From: Bacteroidales bacterium
GTDB taxonomy: Bacteria > Bacteroidota > Bacteroidia > Bacteroidales > VadinHA17
Assembly: GCA_046542595.1 (NCBI GenBank)
Contig: JBKHBA010000001.1
Location: forward strand, 1-25,996
Reading direction: 5' to 3'
DNA length: 25,996 nucleotides
Shown here: positions 24,354 to 25,996 of the stretch, one piece after another
Layout of the letters: each line of letters starts with the position of its first letter
Position numbering within the stretch: position 1 is the first letter of the stretch
Made by a program: the position numbers and the translations under genes
The notes under the pieces: model-generated
Told to the model about the DNA's origin: nothing
The model's input: only the letters and a program-made list of their open reading frames with translations
The model's database searches: none

Positions 24354-25841
24354 TTATAATGGCATTGCAGGTAATGACCAGCCGTCACGGTATGTGTGCT
24401 TTATCATCTCATCTGCAAATTCCCTGGCATTGATGGGATCGGTCATCACCTTGTTAAAGGTGGGGTGACCATCTTTGATACTGAAATTATCTTCCACAAC
24501 AATCTTTATTTCCTCGTTGTCTTCGATATTGGTGAACTGCATATTCTCACCATTCCATTCAAGCTCCTTGTTGAGTCCCTGCAGCCTCACGGCCAGCACT
24601 CCCATCACCACCATCTCGTTAAACGGTCCGGCCTGTGCAAAATCAGATTTAGCCGGAATGCGGCCTGAAGGATCTTCCTTGCATGCTCGTACCCAATCTT
24701 CCTCATGGCTTACTTCTACCCTTCGCTGTGTTTTTGGAACACTGGGTTCACGACCCGACAGTAACCATGGGTCCTTGCCATAACATCCGCATATAAGCTT
24801 ATCCTTTGTACCGTGGAATATAACACCGCCGCCTGCATCATTCATATCCCTGCCCGCGGGCCATCCTTCCGGCTTCATGGGCTCCAGGCCGCCATCATAC
24901 CAGGTCACCTCAACCTCCGGCAGCGCAACCTTGTAATCGGCTCTGCCCGGACGTGCAGGATAGGTAAGCTTAACCATCTCTGCATTGGGTGCGGAATCGG
25001 TAAGCAGCAAGGTTGAGCTTCCCTGTACCTTATCCGGGTAAGTCAGTTTAAGACCTTCAAAGACAGGATGCAATATATGGCATGCCATATCACCCAGTGC
25101 GCCGGTACCAAAATCCCACCACCCGCGCCAGTTCCATGGCGTATAGATGCTGTGGTAGGGCCTCAGGGCAGCGGGACCTGTAAACAGATCCCAGTCAAGT
25201 GTTTCGGGAATATCCATCTTTTCAGATGGCCTGTTCAGTCCCTGCGGCCATATGGGGCGGTCGGTGAAAGCCTCAACGCGTGTCACCTCCCCTATCTCAC
25301 CATTCTGTATCCATTCGATAACCCTGTTCACTCCCTCATCAGATGCTCCCTGGTTACCCATCTGCGTTGCTACCCTGTTTTTTGCTGCAAGGCGGGTAAG
25401 CAGGCGCGATTCATAAACAGTATGAGTGAGGGGCTTTTGCAGGTAGACATGCTTACCCATGTCAATGGCATTGGCCGCTGTAATGGCATGTGTATGATCG
25501 GCTGTGGCTATAACTACCGCATCAATATCCTTGCCCATCTCATCATACATCTTCCTCCAGTCCCAGTACTTCTTTGCACGCGGATAATTCTGAAACTTGG
25601 GTTTTGCATAAGCCCAGTCAACATCACAAACGGCAACGATATTTTCATTATCCTTCAGTTTCATAAGATTAGCATTACCCATGCCTCCAACACCTATTCC
25701 CGCTATATTTAATCTGTCACTCGGTGGTGTATGTCCCAATCCACTTACCACAGAACTGGGTATAACAGTAAGACCGGCAGCAGCTGCAGTGGTCTTACCG
25801 ATAAACGAACGTCTTGAAATATGACCTGTTTTTTCTTTCAT
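24354..25841 (-). CDS. Tat-exported Gfo/Idh/MocA oxidoreductase (probable glycoside 3-dehydrogenase)
   Basis: SRRSFI twin-arginine signal; LNIAGIGVGGMG, ATADHTH, HVYLQKPL, QMGNQG and WRGWWDFGTGALGDMACH. By recollection it closely resembles BT2158. Confidence 0.93.
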   Translation of the reverse strand: MKEKTGHISRRSFIGKTTAAAAGLTVIPSSVVSGLGHTPPSDRLNIAGIGVGGMGNANLMKLKDNENIVAVCDVDWAYAKPKFQNYPRAKKYWDWRKMYDEMGKDIDAVVIATADHTHAITAANAIDMGKHVYLQKPLTHTVYESRLLTRLAAKNRVATQMGNQGASDEGVNRVIEWIQNGEIGEVTRVEAFTDRPIWPQGLNRPSEKMDIPETLDWDLFTGPAALRPYHSIYTPWNWRGWWDFGTGALGDMACHILHPVFEGLKLTYPDKVQGSSTLLLTDSAPNAEMVKLTYPARPGRADYKVALPEVEVTWYDGGLEPMKPEGWPAGRDMNDAGGGVIFHGTKDKLICGCYGKDPWLLSGREPSVPKTQRRVEVSHEEDWVRACKEDPSGRIPAKSDFAQAGPFNEMVVMGVLAVRLQGLNKELEWNGENMQFTNIEDNEEIKIVVEDNFSIKDGHPTFNKVMTDPINAREFADEMIKHTYRDGWSLPAMPL

Positions 25842-25970
25842 TATAAGGTGATTTTAAGTTTTGAAACATATAAAAATATGAAATTCATAAGAATTAATTG
25901 TCTTATTAGAATAAAAATTGACTTTTTATACTCGTTAAAAAAGAATAAATTGCGATTCAATTACTGAATT

Positions 25971-25996
25971 ATGGAAGAGCAAACTATTCTACTGGG
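25971..25996 (+). CDS. Possible start of a divergent gene (MEEQTILL...), truncated by the window edge
   Basis: ATG after an AT-rich intergenic region, with an A at -3. Only 8 codons are visible, so no product can be assigned. Confidence 0.3.

Noticed and set aside
25971-25996. MEEQTILLG resembling the ILLGHGSGG start of HypE
   Set aside because: Only 8 full codons are visible, which is insufficient evidence.
1-25996. CRISPR arrays, tRNA/rRNA, IS elements, integrases, retron/DGR components
   Set aside because: No periodic repeats, cloverleaf or rRNA signatures, or transposase/recombinase/reverse-transcriptase motifs seen; all intergenic gaps are under 300 nt.

Overview
Ordinary-looking chromosomal window from a Bacteroidota (probably Bacteroidales/Marinilabiliales-like) genome. 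Support for the taxon: TTTG-N19-TAnnTTTG promoters, signal peptides cleaved before Gln, and a T9SS C-terminal domain. It holds 14 complete CDS, a partial AbgT transporter at the left edge (missed by the ORF track) and possibly a gene start at the right edge. I found no tRNA/rRNA, CRISPR array, mobile element or clear defence island. Content is dominated by peptide/amino-acid scavenging (AbgT, amidohydrolase, M28 peptidase, NSS transporter, gingipain-like C25 protease) plus glycoside metabolism (DUF6067/GH123-like protein; Gfo/Idh/MocA + DUF1080 3-keto-glycoside pair), an HTCS-type sensor fused to a SpoIIE phosphatase, and a Tat-exported AKR-FeS/DUF6599/NSS cluster. I cannot claim a clear-cut new system. 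The best leads are at residue level: (1) the long KamA-like radical SAM enzyme has Lys/Asn at the two positions where lysine 2,3-aminomutase has its lysine-binding Asp residues, the signature of glutamate 2,3-aminomutase (beta-glutamate, an osmolyte); (2) the NSS transporter appears to have moved its chloride-mimicking acidic residue to TM6. All family calls and reference alignments are by eye and from memory; no database searches were run.
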